Below, in pieces: positions 36,101-48,910 of a stretch of 64,000 nucleotides of DNA; the first letter of the stretch is position 1; each line of letters opens with the position of its first letter. The notes beneath the pieces were generated by a model that made no database searches, had not been told where the DNA came from, and saw only the letters and a list, made by a program, of their open reading frames with translations. Where the stretch lies: the NCBI GenBank assembly GCA_030248215.1, contig JASANG010000727.1:124001-188000 (forward strand), in the 5' to 3' direction. The stretch is from Enoplolaimus lenunculus (Eukaryota). A program made the position numbers and the translations under genes.

Positions 36101-37709
36101 GTGAGTTGATTAATTAACTCAGAATGAATTGAACAAACTGAAAATTCTGAGTTCTGATAGTACTAACTCAGACGGAGTGATTCAACTCAATCTGAGTTAA
36201 AATCAACTCACTGAAATTTACAGTGTAAATCACAGTGTTTCTTATTATACTTCAAGCTTAAACTTAGTTTACCCAATCATAAATGAACAGCTGGACAAAG
36301 TAGTGTCGAAAATTGTTCAGCTCCATCATTAACCAATGTAATTCGTTGATATGACTTAAATGTTTTTGCTCGTAGCATCGAACAAATAGCGATTGCAGCC
36401 AAACGATGGGCGCAAACCAATTGCGATGAGGATCAAATTCGATATGGAATGAATTGAGCAACGCGTATTCTTCGTTTGTAAGAAGACCGGCCTACAAAAA
36501 TTTGACGTTGATAAATAAATTGCGAAGGTGCAAAATTTGTGACATGGAACCGCGTCGTAAAGATATTGCCGTGAAAAAAATAAGCGAGCGAAACGAGCGA
36601 GAAACCAAACGCAATTTTAGTACTAAATAGTTTTATACCAATTTTGTGTTTTGTGTCAGTCCGATGGGGTGTCTGATCCTTTGTTGTTGGATCATAGCCA
36701 AAGTAGCTGCCTTTGATTTGAATACGGTTGTTTTTGAATACGTAAACAAAGTTGTTGCAGACTAATAGTAAAAAGCTTCGACCTAACGTTTTGGTTGACG
36801 CAAAGGATTACACAAAGGCGTAAGCTCAATCGTAAGCTTACCGTTGCCAGATCTAAGCCTAAGTTTAAGTCTAAATGTTTAAACAAGTGTACAAGAGCGA
36901 TGATATCTACACTGTAAATTTCAGTGAGTTGATTTTAATTCAGAATGAGTTGAATCACTCAGGCTGAGTTAAAATCAACTAACTGAAATTTACAGTGTAG
37001 ATATCGCTCTTGTACACTTGTTTAAACATTTAGACTGAGTCTGAGTTAGGACTATATCAGAACTCAGAAATTTGAATTGATTCAGTTCGTTCTGAGATAA
37101 TTAATCAACTCACTCAGAGTCCACTCAACTTAGAGTGAAAATCAACTCAACTCAGAGCGTGTTAATGTTTACTATATTCAGAAATAACCAACTCGCTAAC
37201 TGAATTGATTAATCAACACATTACAATTGACAGTGTAAAAATTGAACTGCAACAACCTTAACTAAATGTTGCTCTGTTGGAAATCGTTTCAATATTCGTT
37301 CAGACAGCGTTCGCCAAGCAAGTACACTTGTACACAACACGTAACGAGCAACTGTTTTACGTAATAACCGCATATCGTCCGAATCTCCCTTAAGGTACGT
37401 TGACGCATGAATAAGTAACGTGTCAGGATACGCAATCAACTGAAACTGTTCCCACCAACGTTTCACAACCATTGCGACGTAGAATCCGAGCAAAAAAGTT
37501 AACGGGATTTGTTTCGTATATTCGTTGAACAAATATGAAATTTTATGAAATACCTGCTTCTGAGTATCATTCAGTACTGTTCGGTATAACAGGTTAACGG
37601 TATAGTAAAGTATGAGAAATATAATTAAATTGCGAAAAATAGTTTTCCATAAACTGCCTTTCCAGCGGAATAGTAGCTTTGAAAAGCGGTCAGCATACGA
37701 TATTGTCAT
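30190..37709 (-). CDS. Bestrophin family Ca2+-activated anion channel, 5 exons, ~436 aa
   Basis: Exons 37709-37257, 36491-36273, 34638-34456, 32080-31981, 30545-30190 (1311 nt, phases 0,0,0,1; all GT..AG). Hallmarks: [30 protein letters not shown] motif (KRFPT), [20 protein letters not shown], acidic Ca2+ clasp [11 protein letters not shown]. Confidence 0.95.
30866..31535. mobile_element. PIF/Harbinger-like non-autonomous element (~670 bp); second copy ~55489-56140
   Basis: TIRs TGCGGGGTTCACGTTATAACCGGG / CCCGGTGATAACGTGAATCCCGCA with 3-bp TAA duplication; collinear homolog at 55.5-56.1 kb. Confidence 0.75.
32872..33091. mobile_element. MITE with GGCCCGCATTCTCAAATG TIRs
   Basis: GGCCCGCATTCTCAAATGT ... 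ACATTTGAGAATGCGGGCC inverted ends; related ends at ~32095 and ~62215. Confidence 0.6.
34220..34450. mobile_element. TTAGGC-bearing MITE, subfamily A, inserted at the bestrophin exon 3 donor
   Basis: GGCCCATGTATAGAAC TIRs; perfect 8-bp TSD CTAACCTT (34212-34219, 34451-34458). Confidence 0.9.
35050..35293. repeat. Pyrimidine-rich 31-bp minisatellite (~8 units)
   Basis: Unit CTTGCTTCCTTCCTTTTGTTTCCCCTGTTTT recurs at 31-bp spacing (e.g. 35078, 35109). Confidence 0.85.
35793..36070 (-). mobile_element. piggyBac-like MITE with tRNA-like segment, nested in an EnSpm-like MITE
   Basis: TTAA|CCCTCTCACA ... TGTGAGAAGGGG|TTAA; interrupts the CACTGTAAATT element spanning ~35715-36225. Confidence 0.8.
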
Positions 37710-40700
37710 TTATGTTTGTGAAAAGTGTAATTAATTTGCGTGGGTTATTGTGATTATTGTAGTTTGGCTAAAATGGCACATAAGTGATAAACATCCAGCA
37801 CTGTAAATGCCAGTATGAAGGGGTGCAAGAAGATTTCCTATTTTGAGTTCGAATCAATAAGAGTCTGTATTCCTAATTAGAGTTCGTAGATCGTGTTCAA
37901 AAATTATAATTATGGCTCATAAATGTCAATTACCTTAACTGATGTTATTTAAATATATACGTGGGTCAATAGATCCAAACGTTCAGTACAAAATCGGACA
38001 TCTCAAAGCATATATTACCTGTTATAGTCACAGAATAATACTTTGCTTTTAGAAGACTATTGCCACACTGCAAAAAATGGTGAGTCAAATTGACTTAACA
38101 CAGGCGGAGTCGAATTTTGACTCAGCTTGCATAGTCAGGAAAAGCCTATTTCGGAGAGAGTCAATTTGACTCACCATTTTGTGCAGTACAACAACGTTCT
38201 TACGTAAATAATATTTTCAAAATTTTGAATGCGGTTAAAGTCATACGTGGCATAAAAATTAAAGTTTTGCAGAAAAGTTTGTTTAGAAACTAAAGACAAA
38301 AAAGATAATGCTGACAGCAATCAAATAAACACTAATCCTATACTGCAAAAAATGGTGAGTCAAATTGACTTTCTCCGAAATAGATTTGACTCTGCCACAG
38401 TCAGATGTGCGACTCAACGAGTCGAATTTGCCTCTGGCGGAGTCGAATTGGACTCACTTTATGTAGTCCCGTAGAGCCTATTACGGAGAGATTCGATTTG
38501 ACTCAAAATTTTTTGCAGTGTAATGCACAGCATCTAATCTGAAACTCCGGCACCAATCTAACGGTTAAATTAAATACGCTTACCCTTATCGCTTCAACAA
38601 TCACAAGTCACTGAGATAAAACAATCTTTTTACCCAGAACGTGATTTCAGAGTAAAACTGAACATTTGAACCTATGTTGATTGATTTTTAACAGAAGTTG
38701 AGCATTTTAACATAATTCCTAGCATTTTTTGGGGGGGCGTAGCTGAACTTTCCGGCCATACCCTCGGTACGAGCTCGCAAGGCGGTAGTTGAAACATAAA
38801 ATTTTTTTTTAAATGAAATGATCAATTGCGAAATATTTTCTTTCTCCAAACAGTTTTACATAGATTGATCCATTCGAAAAACTACTTTAGTAATTGTGGA
38901 TTATCGGGACGATACTAAACACGGCCCATGTATAGAACAGGGCCGGATCGCTTTTCGGAGGGGCTATAAAAGAGTCAGTTTAAGCTTTAGACTAACTGTT
39001 TTACTTAGGCTTAGGCTCAGTGTATAGGCTGTTCATTACACTTAGGCTTAGGCTTAGGGTTAGGCTTAGGCATAGGAATATGGATATACTACTGTTCCGG
39101 CCCTGTTCTTTACATAGGCCGATTGACGTATGTAAAGAACAGGCGCTGGCCGCTTAACCGTTGGACCGTTTAACCGCCGGACTGCATCAAGCTAAAGCTT
39201 ACAATAGACTACTTGTTTTGCTTAGGGTTTGGAATATGCTTATACTACTGTGGCGCACTTGTTCTATACATTGGCCCGTAGACTACGAACGGAAAAGCGA
39301 CCTATCAATCGCCCTAACGTCAGCGTGATAATTTGGGTTACGCTATACTTTTGTTGACGTGTTGACGTATGGCCCCGTCCGACACCGTCCGCCACCCGCA
39401 AGGAACCGTCCGGCGCCGTCTGTCACCCGTACGGTGCTGTCCGTAACCGTGCGGCGCCATCCGTCACCCGTACGGCGGCGTCCATCACCGTGCGGTATCG
39501 AACGCAAATAACTCACGTACGATAACGTATGGTGACGAACGGCGCCGTACGGGTGACGTACGATGACGGACGGCGCCGCACGTCAAGTATAGCACAATCC
39601 TTACGCTATACGTCAAAACATTTAAAAATTATAAACCCCCAAAAACGTTTGTGTTTCTAATCAAAAGTCGTCCAAAATATTACGTACCACAAGGCATCGC
39701 TCGGTACAACACTGGTGGCAATTGCGTCACAAGAATGCACATTTGTGCAGTCTGTTCGGTTTATTCTTAAGCGCAAAGTTGTTCTTAAAAGAGTCAATAA
39801 TGTTTTTTGTGTCGTTTGCAGCGAAAACACAAACCCTGTTGTACGAGTGCAAAATGTTCGCATTCGCTACAACTTTGCAATGTATAAACCACTGCAGAAC
39901 TGCGCTTAATATTGTAAATTGATTGGCGAACGACAATTTTTCAATTAAAACACGGGGTTAAAATTTTCAGTATCACGACCTGTGGCGAATCAAAAATTAC
40001 TTACGGTGGCCGCAAAAGTATGTAATACTTTGAAATATCGCAGAGCGCAGCGAACCAAATTCTAAATGAAATTTTGCAGTAACAAATTTTATAACAAAAT
40101 TTTAATTCCAGCCCGGCGGTTCTTCGATTTCTGTGCTGTACAATGATATCCTTGGTGGCCCATGTATAGAACAGCGCCCGAACCGTAATATAAGCATATT
40201 CCTAAGCCTAAGCCTATCAGCCTAAGCGTATGGATGAGCCTATTCTTAAGCCTAAACCTATTAGCCTAAGCGTATGGATGAGCCTATTCTTAAGCCTAAG
40301 CCGATGCTTAAGCCTAAGCCTAAAACTACGCCTAAGCAAAAAAAATAGTCTAAAGCTTAAACTGACTCTATTATAGCCCTCCAGAAAACTATCCGGCCCT
40401 GTTCTATGCATGGACTCCCATGGTTAGCATCCCTTAGACCCACCTTAGTCTCAACATGGTTTTAAATTTAATAAAGTTTCATTGTTTGGGAAATTTTATT
40501 TTAACATTCTGTGCTATTATGGGTCATGCACGTAATACTGTCTACGCTACTGTAAAAATAGGCTACCCACCTGTTTGCAAGAGCGGTACAAAAACAATAC
40601 AGTTTTTGAAATATTTGGACTTTACAGAAAGCATACATAGTCTGTAATGGCGGTAACCCTTCGGACGGAGTAGGGACAATGTGGACACTGCTTGGACCCA

Positions 40701-41482
40701 GTGTCTGACAACATGAATTCGTTTAGACAGACTCTGTATAACCGCTTAACAGAATCCATTCGGACAGACTTTGTATTATGTAATAAGCGAATTCCCTTCT
40801 GACAGACTCAGGACAAAACAGCTGTCCTTTCTATAACGTATTGACAAAGTGCCATCTGTGTGTGCGAGAATGTGACAAAAATACGCCTTTCAGAGGGCTA
40901 TCTTGTAGTATTTAAGAACAAAAGAAAATTTATGTAAACTTAAAATTGTTTTAAATACCAATTAAGAAATTAACTTGAAACTGGATTTCCGAGTATAAAT
41001 ATTGAACACAATGAAATCGCTAGCCCGGATCCAAATTTTTCCACATTGATAAAGTAAACAAATTAATTCTTTATTACTTTCACTGTCGGAGCATTTTTGG
41101 TTTTGGAACTTTTGAAAAATTGCTGCATCGCCAAAACATTGGGTTTTGGTGTCAGAATGTGGACTAGTATCACTGTAAATTCCAGTGAGTTGATTTTAAC
41201 TCAGAATGAGTTAAATCGCTCAGTCTGAGTTATAGGACTGTCAGAACTCATATTTCTGAGTTGATTCAACTCATTCATGGTTTTAGTCAACTCTCCCGGA
41301 ATAAACTCAACTGAGAGTGAGAATCAACTCAACTCAGAGTGAGTTAAAGTATATTGTTATTAAATCAGGATAATTAACTTTCTGTCTGAGTTGGTTTATT
41401 AACTCATTGGAATTCACAGTGTAGAGAAAACTTGAAACAAAAGCTGCAATATGTGCAAGTTTCCCATATTTTACTGGTTGAC

Positions 41483-41737
41483 TAGTGATGGGCATCGGAT
41501 ACTTTTTCATATGCGGATATCCGGCGATCCTTACCGGATATTTATCCAACAATCCGGCTGGTATCCGGGTATCTGCATACGCGTTTGTTCTGTTTTCATA
41601 TCCGGACATCCGGCGATCCTTACCGGATATTTATCCAACAATCCGGCTGGTATCCGGGTATCCGGATACGCGTTTTTTCTGTTACATATCCGGATATTTT
41701 CTATATCCAGATATCCGGATATCCGGTGCCCATCTAT
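41483..41737. mobile_element. hAT-like MITE with internal ATCCGG-rich direct repeat
   Basis: Ends TAGTGATGGGCA / TGCCCATCTA; internal ~55-bp segment (ATCCGGCGATCCTTACCGGATATTTATCCAACAATCCGGCTGGTATCCGGGTATC) present twice. Confidence 0.6.
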
Positions 41738-41903
41738 AATGCCTACCTATATAAACATACTCAGCGATACGCATGGGGGTGCAGTTGCGCCCCAATGCAC
41801 ATTTTCGGTGCCGGCGTGACATTTTACGCTATGAAAAATTTGAAAATCAAATAAGAAACGGACTTTATTTAAAACATCACATAAAATACAATCACATACA
41901 GAT

Positions 41904-44900
41904 TTACGTAAATAAAATAGGAGATTCACAGCCATTCAGACGAACATTTCCATCGACCGGAACTAGTTTAAATCCGGTAGTGCGTCCATTTTCATCATAA
42001 GTTATTTGTAGCCGTCGATGTATCCGAGCGGATTCGTCATGCTTAAATGTGACGTGTAAATTCATCCTTGATGCAGCACCTGTCCCTCCGTTACCACGCA
42101 TGGCATGACGACCACAGCCTCGTCTTGGTAGCGAATCTTTTTGTGGTTGAATTCTGCGACAAAATAATGTAAGAATACTTAAATTGTTAGTCAGATTTAG
42201 ATAAAATTGTTACTTTTGTTAATTATGTTGTTTAGGACATAAAAGTCAAACATTTCAAAAATTCATATTTTGGCGTGAAATGGTCAGGGGAGCTCATGAG
42301 AAGCTCAAATATGCAAAAAAAAATTTTAAAATCGAACCATTTTTGGGCAAACGCAGGCTTGAGGATAACGGAAAAGGGGCTCCGAAACTTATAGGAAAGC
42401 TATCTCATGCCCCTCCATTTGTATACGTCCCCAAAAACTAACCTCATCATTTTAAAATACATTCTAAAATTTAGTGATTTTTACTCAGGCTACTTAGCTA
42501 ACAATTGATGAATTTAAGAAATATTTAAAGTAAAAACAAGTTTGAAATTTAAAAACAATGAAAAACAACTCACTCATTTTTAGTTCATTTCAGTGGATGC
42601 TTCGCCTTTTTTATTTTCTTTTTAAAACACCCCAAGTTTTTTTTTTTCGTTCTTAAAAACATTTTATATTTTCTAAAATTTAAAACAGGGGTATTACTTA
42701 TTACTTATGTATTTGGCAGATATTTATTGGTACATGAGTAGCATCACAAATTTAAAGCTATGATTTTGGTCTTTATCATTATTACGGTTACTGATACAGT
42801 AGCAGCAACCAGCGAAAGCGACAAATCTGTCCATACGTGTACCTACACATTTAACTGTCCGTTGTGGAGTTACTGTGACAATTTGACGTGCAAGAAAGGC
42901 GCAATCATAAAACATATACAAGGTAGTGACTCCGGCCCACGGTGTAACCGGATATCCGTTTCCGTTTCCGGTAAAAACGATGTCCGTTTCCGTTATAGAA
43001 ATAACAGAAATTCTGTTATATTTATGCTAAAAATTAGTTGTAAATCATAGCTGATGTGTATAGCAGGGCCGGAACAGTAGTATAATAATATTTCTAAAGC
43101 TTAAGCTTAATCCTAAGCCTAAGCCTAAACGTAAGAATGAGCATATTCTTAAGCCTAAGCCTAAGCCAAGCAAAACAATTAGTCTAAAGCTTAAGCGTAC
43201 TGTATTGCAGTCTTACAGCAAAACGTTCCGCCACTGATCTTTACATGGGCCAAAGTTTACCAAACGAGGCGCTGTTCAACACAAAAATCAACTAAAAACC
43301 ACATCAAAATATGATTTTAAACAACCAACTTACTGATTTTGATTGCGTTCTACGGATGCTTTTCCGTCAAACGGTGTTGTTACCACTCGTAATGCGGTGT
43401 TTACACGATCGCTGATATGTCGCATATGACGAATCGCGCTTTTGATTTCCGGAAACCGTGTCGCATAAATGAACGGATTGACCATTAATTTGACAAAATG
43501 TAGCATTTGTGTCGAAAAACCAACAAAGATTAGCCGTTGTGGATGCTCGTGACGCATTGTTTCCAGCCGGAACAGACAATCTTCGCAAATTAGCACGTAT
43601 GCGAACACACCCGGCAACCAACCAGCGGCAAATGTGCCTAAAAACAAAAAACTCACTTTGTATTCGAGTGCGCAGAATTTACACGGCTGTCAGCTTTTGT
43701 TTGAGCCGTTCTCTTGCACAAAATTGTGGACGTAAACGTCTGGCTCCATGTAAAAATCAGGGGTGGAACGTTTTTCTTTGGGACTAGAAAAGAGTAAGTT
43801 TAAGCTTTAGACTGATTTTTTTTTGTTTGGCTTAGGCTTAGGCTTACTCTTTTCAAGTCCCAAAGAAAAACGTTCCGCCATTGATCTTTACATTGGTCGG
43901 CTGACTGACGCCCACAGACTAATTTTTTTGTTTGGCTTAGGCTTAGGCTTAGGCTTAAGAATATGCTCATTCTTACGGTTAGGCTTAAACTTAGGCTTAG
44001 GCTTAGGCTTAGGAATATGCTTATTATACTGTTCCGCCAATGTTCTTTACATTAGCCAACGCCTGGAACAACATGGAAAATAACAGCTGACTGGCTTTGC
44101 AGTTGCAATAAATTATTTGTGTTAATTCCTAATTTCTAAATACGTTAAGGGTGTGGCTTTTTGTTAATTTCGCTCGCTAAACATTACCCTGCGTCGGGCC
44201 AATCAGTACACGCCATGGCATCCACCATACAAAAAATATTGAACCCAGGATCCCACAAGAAACTATTACATTTGTCGTTACAGTGGGTAAAATTACTGCA
44301 TAAATTACTACATCTGCTTAAAATTCGGGCAATGTTAAGAACAAGGTCGGAACAGTATTATGAGCGTATTCCTAAGCCTAAGACTAAGCCTAAGCCTATC
44401 CATAAGAATGTGTTTATTCCTAAGCCTAAGCCTAAGCCTAAGCCTAAGCCAAAGCGTAAGAATGAGCATACTCCTAAGCGTAAGCCTAAGCCAAGCAAAA
44501 AATAGTCTAAAGCTTAATCTTACTCTATTCTAGTTCCACAGAAAAGGTTTCCGCCACTGATCTTTACACGAGCAAAAATTCACAACTTTCATGCAATGGC
44601 GGATACAAGATTTGTTGCCCAGGAGACCTGAAGTTGACTGAACATACCTTCGGCGACTTCCCCCAAAAATGGCAATTTCAGCGGGATGGCCAGCCAATTT
44701 TTGGACTAAAAGGATGAAAACGGCCTAAAATTTGACTGTTTTTACGAGAAGCTCGGCCGTCTTAGCAGAGTATATTAATGCCAAGTAAAGGCTTTTTAGA
44801 GAAAGTGTAACGAAATAAACCAATTTCTGACAGTAATGCATCTGCGGATTATATTCAAAAACCTGTACAAGTCTGGAAATTACAAAACAATTAAGGAATG

Positions 44901-47900
44901 AAAATTTATGAGCGAAGCGACCGAAAAGCCAGACACACTTTAACAGACCCATGTATAGAACAGGACCGGAACAGTAGTATAAGCATATTTCTAAGTCTAG
45001 AACCGGGCCGGAACAGTAGTATAAGCACATTTCTAAGTCTAGAACAGGGCCGGAACAGTAGCATAAGCATATTTCGAAGTCTAGAACAGGGCCGGAACAG
45101 TAGTATAAGCACATTTCTAAGTCTAGACCAAAAAAAACAACGAACAGTATTTAAGCATATTAAGTCTAGAACAGGGCCGGAACAGTAGTATAAGCACATT
45201 TCTAAGTCTAGAACGGGGGGGGAAGAGAAAGAAAAAGAATTTTTTATTAAAACAGGGGCAAAAAGTGAACATATTATAAACCGGGCAAAAGTCTAGAACA
45301 GGGCCGGAACAGTAGTATAAGCATATTTCTAAGTCTAGAACAGGGCCGGAACAGTAGTATAAGCACATTTCTAAGTCTAGAACAGGGCCGGAACAGTAGT
45401 ATAAGCATATTTCTAAGTCTAGAACAGGGCCGGAACAGTAGTATAAGCATATTCCTAAGCCTAAGCTTAAGCAAAAAATTATCTAAAGCTTAAACTGACT
45501 CTTTTATAGCCCCTCCGGAAAACTATGCGGCGCTGTTCTATACATGGGCCTTTTAACATAATCACTAAATTATAAATGTTGCATGAAAATGGTGCTGGGA
45601 TCCGATCCTTAGATGCCCTCTTGAACTGTCCTTGTTTTCAGGCTTTACCTAAAATAATCAACGTTGTGACAAGTCCGTATTTTTTCGCCCGTTGAATACG
45701 CCGTTTTGAATCAGCGTGCCCTGACACTGTGCTAATTGTAAGCTTGCCGAGAATTGTGACGTATATCAATGACGTACACAAAAATGGCACAAATATCAAC
45801 GCAAATATTGGTAATCGAAACGATAAAGTTGCCAAATGAGTTGTCCAGCATGCATCAGCCAGATAACCAGAACGAGAATTAAGCATCGTTAAATGGAGTA
45901 GCAGCATCGGACTGAGCCACAGTGACCCGATGACAACCTGAATTTTAAAACGTAATGGCCAATGTTACTTTTAGGGTTGTAACAGTAGATTAAGCGTATT
46001 CCTAAGTGTTAGCCTAAGCCTAAGCAAAAACATGTAGTCCAGACTGTTAGCCTACTCTATTACAGGGCCCCAGAAACCGGGACGGCCTTAAAAATAACAC
46101 GGGTGAGACTTAACGATGCGTGTCCTACGTATTCATTTGCCAACGAGTTTTTACAAAGTTTAGCCAAACTGGCATTAATGTTCGCAGACAACGAAACCGC
46201 ATCTTAGCACAATGGACAATGCAAAGAACGCCACTGCGGTCTAAGCCCCTTATAATAGTGATCAAACCCAAAATTTTCTATTAAGGTTTAGCACTAAAAC
46301 GTCGTTAGACTTTTCGGTCGCTTCGCACGCGACTTATTCCATTTTAGATTTAGCCACCTTTTCACGATTAATTCACCTAATATAAGATAACTTGGCTTTA
46401 GCGTTATTAAACTGCAGCAAACTTGAAAATTCTTGCTTTGAAAGAGGTATTGAAAATGTTTTTTCAACTCGATTTTCTGATTCTATCCAATTTTAGCCTA
46501 AGCCAAAGCCTAAGCATAAGAATGAGTTTATTACTAAGCCTAAGCCTAAGCCAAAGCGTAAGAATGAGTTTACTCTAAGCCTAAGCCAAAGCCTAAGCGT
46601 AAGAATGAGTTTATTCCAAAAGCCTGCAAGTCTAAAGCTTAAGCTTTTACTCTTTTCTAGTCCCACAGAAAAACATTCCGCCCCTGATTTTTACATGGGC
46701 CGGTTTTTTTATATTTCGGTTTATAAAGTAGGAGTCAAATTTGTGATTACACTCCCCTGTGGCTCCACGAGAGGATTACCCCCATGTAAAACCAAATTTT
46801 GTGACCTCAGGTTAGGCAGTGTGATTATGGAGCCATTAAAAGTTATTTTTTGCAGGAATTTTCGGCATAGATCGATTTTAATTGGAACATCAACAACCCT
46901 AAAGGTTAATTGGAGAATAAATTGAAAAATATTTCATACCTTGACGATAACAGGCTTTATACGATCATGATGCAGTAACGGATGTAAAATATAAATGTAA
47001 TGATTTGCACCAAGAATAAGCAAATGAAGCACAGATGTTATAATTGCAGCTTGGCGAAACGAAACCAACGCCACTCGAATGCAGTTCCACGAATGCATCA
47101 TTTGTTCACGTTTACCGGCAACCAGCGGAAGATATGAGTTGAGAACGATGTTGATTATTGATAAGACGCAAGTCCAAGCATCAGTGCCTGAAAAGCTGGC
47201 GGTCAAAATAATAAGAAAACGCGTAGCGTAGATAGACTGCACACCGATTTGATATTCAAAACCAAAAATGTGTATTTTGAGTTAATACCATGATTAGATT
47301 TGGCTTGTGGTATGTTTCGCTATCGACACTTGTTTCATACTCATATACCGTGTCTCCGTGGGTGTCTTAGTTGATCAGCAATAGACAACTAAACATGTTG
47401 ATCTTTAGGTGTATCTAGCGATTTATCCAGGGTGGTGTGACGGAAGGTTATCACAAGGGAAATTTATAAATGTCATAATGCCAATCGGTGCAAATCTAGT
47501 ACACTGCAAAAAATGGTCAGTCAAATTGACTCTCTCCGATATAGGCTTTTCCGGATTACGCAAGAGTAGTTAAATTCGACTCCGCCACATTCGACTCACC
47601 CAAATCGCTCAGTGAGTCGAATTTGACTTTGGCGGAGTCAAATTTGACTCAGTTTGTGTAGTGCGAAAAATCGTATTTCGGAAAGAGTAAATTTGAGTTA
47701 CCATTTTTTGCAGTGTAGTTTCGTCGTATGAATAGTACAAAATTGAAAATTTGTGATGTATATGTAAGAGCGTTGTCTCTATTCTTGAAAACTTTTTTAA
47801 AATCTAAGAGGATGGTGTCGACCATCTGAATCCGCTTGCGTGCAATATCTCAATGTTGTGTTTTTTGCTTTTATCCCTGATTCCATTTTTTATTTAGACA

Positions 47901-48910
47901 TACTGTAGTGACCCGAGGTGGGACTGATATTTATTGGGCTTCTCTAGAGGGTACCCCCTTGTTATTCGGTTGCGAATCGTTATTTCTTTTAACCCACCAT
48001 CCGCCACCGTTCGTTACTGATATATCGGGTATTACAATTATCCGTTGAATTAAACGTTTTTGTCTTGTATTAAAAGCTTGAGTGATAATGCAAGGTTTAC
48101 TTAAGAATGTACTTTCAAAACTTAAGCACGCTTTAAAGTTTCGATCTCAACTTTATTTGGTCCTGGAGTCATTTATGCGCTACAATTAGGGATGATTGAC
48201 ATTCATGGACTCCAATTAGGAATTAGCAACTCTATCCGCTCACGCACGGACTCTTATTAGATATACGGACTCCTATTGTTTGGGACTCAAAATGGAGACC
48301 CTCTTATTACATCCCTCTTACTCGGGTCACTACAGTATTATACAGTCTAAATAATAATTAAATCACAGTTCGCTCCTCTAGCACTTTCCTCGAATCCGCT
48401 GTACTTTAAATAATTCCAACGTGACAAGTGTAAGAATGTGAGACATGCTTGTCCTAGTGCATATGCAATAAATGCAATGCACATTGTGTTGTATGCTTGC
48501 TGGTAGCATACGGGCGACACATATAGTCGACGAAAAATGCAGTTGGAGAGGCGGGCTACGTGGTGCAGTGGTAACAGGATCTGCCTGACACGCAGAACAT
48601 TGCTAGTTTGAAACCGCCCGTAACCCGCTTTTCCGGCTGGTCAGTACAAAAGTCTGAAGTCCCAGTTCCTACCTTGACTGACAACAAGTTCAAACAACTT
48701 ACCTGCAAGACTAATCGATATCCGTAAATGTGATGACCAATGGCGTCGAATGACGTTCGATAGTACTAAAATGACGCAATTTGACAAAAATGCCAAAATC
48801 AAAAATACAAACATAATCGGAATTGCAATTGTGTAAATATGTTGTCGGAGTGAATCGCTTGAAGTCGGTTGTTCTATAAAATCTTGAGTTAAATTAAACT
48901 CCAAAACCAT
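41904..48910 (-). CDS. Rhodopsin-like (class A) GPCR, orphan, tentatively AEX-2-like; 5 exons, ~432 aa
   Basis: Exons 48910-48703, 47187-46940, 45937-45649, 43637-43334, 42153-41904 (1299 nt; phases 1,0,1,2; all GT..AG). Seven hydrophobic segments with TM1 SN, TM2 SLAGTD, TM3 C..NHY, TM4 W..P, TM6 GWLP, TM7 NPFIY. The subfamily assignment is from memory and tentative. Confidence 0.9.
42760..42922 (+). pseudogene. Duplicated exon 1 of the 15110-20638 Cys-rich gene (orphan copy, antisense within GPCR intron 4)
   Basis: 42710-43050 is nearly identical to 15060-15410 (5' leader, signal peptide, first Cys module, donor CAAG|GTAGTG, start of intron); no copies of exons 2-5 follow in the window. 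Confidence 0.75.
44946..45550. repeat. TTAGGC-bearing MITE whose left end is amplified into a ~12 x 42-bp tandem array
   Basis: Unit TCTAGAACAGGGCCGGAACAGTAGTATAAGCACATTTCTAAG at 42-bp spacing (44996, 45038, 45080, 45122 ... 45334, 45376, 45418); whole array bounded by the element TIRs and TSD CTTTAACA/TTTTAACA. Confidence 0.85.
48554..48626 (+). pseudogene. tRNA-Val-like pseudogene (anticodon GAC)
   Basis: GGCTACG..CGTAACC acceptor stem (6/7), A-box TGGTGCAGTGG, perfect anticodon stem TCTGC/GCAGA with loop CT-GAC-AC, degenerate T-arm (GTTTGAAACC), TTTT just downstream. Confidence 0.6.

Noticed and set aside
44946..45550. Regularly spaced near-identical repeats resembling a CRISPR array
   Set aside because: Units are head-to-tail with no unique spacers, derive from a MITE end, lie in a eukaryotic intron, and no cas genes are present.
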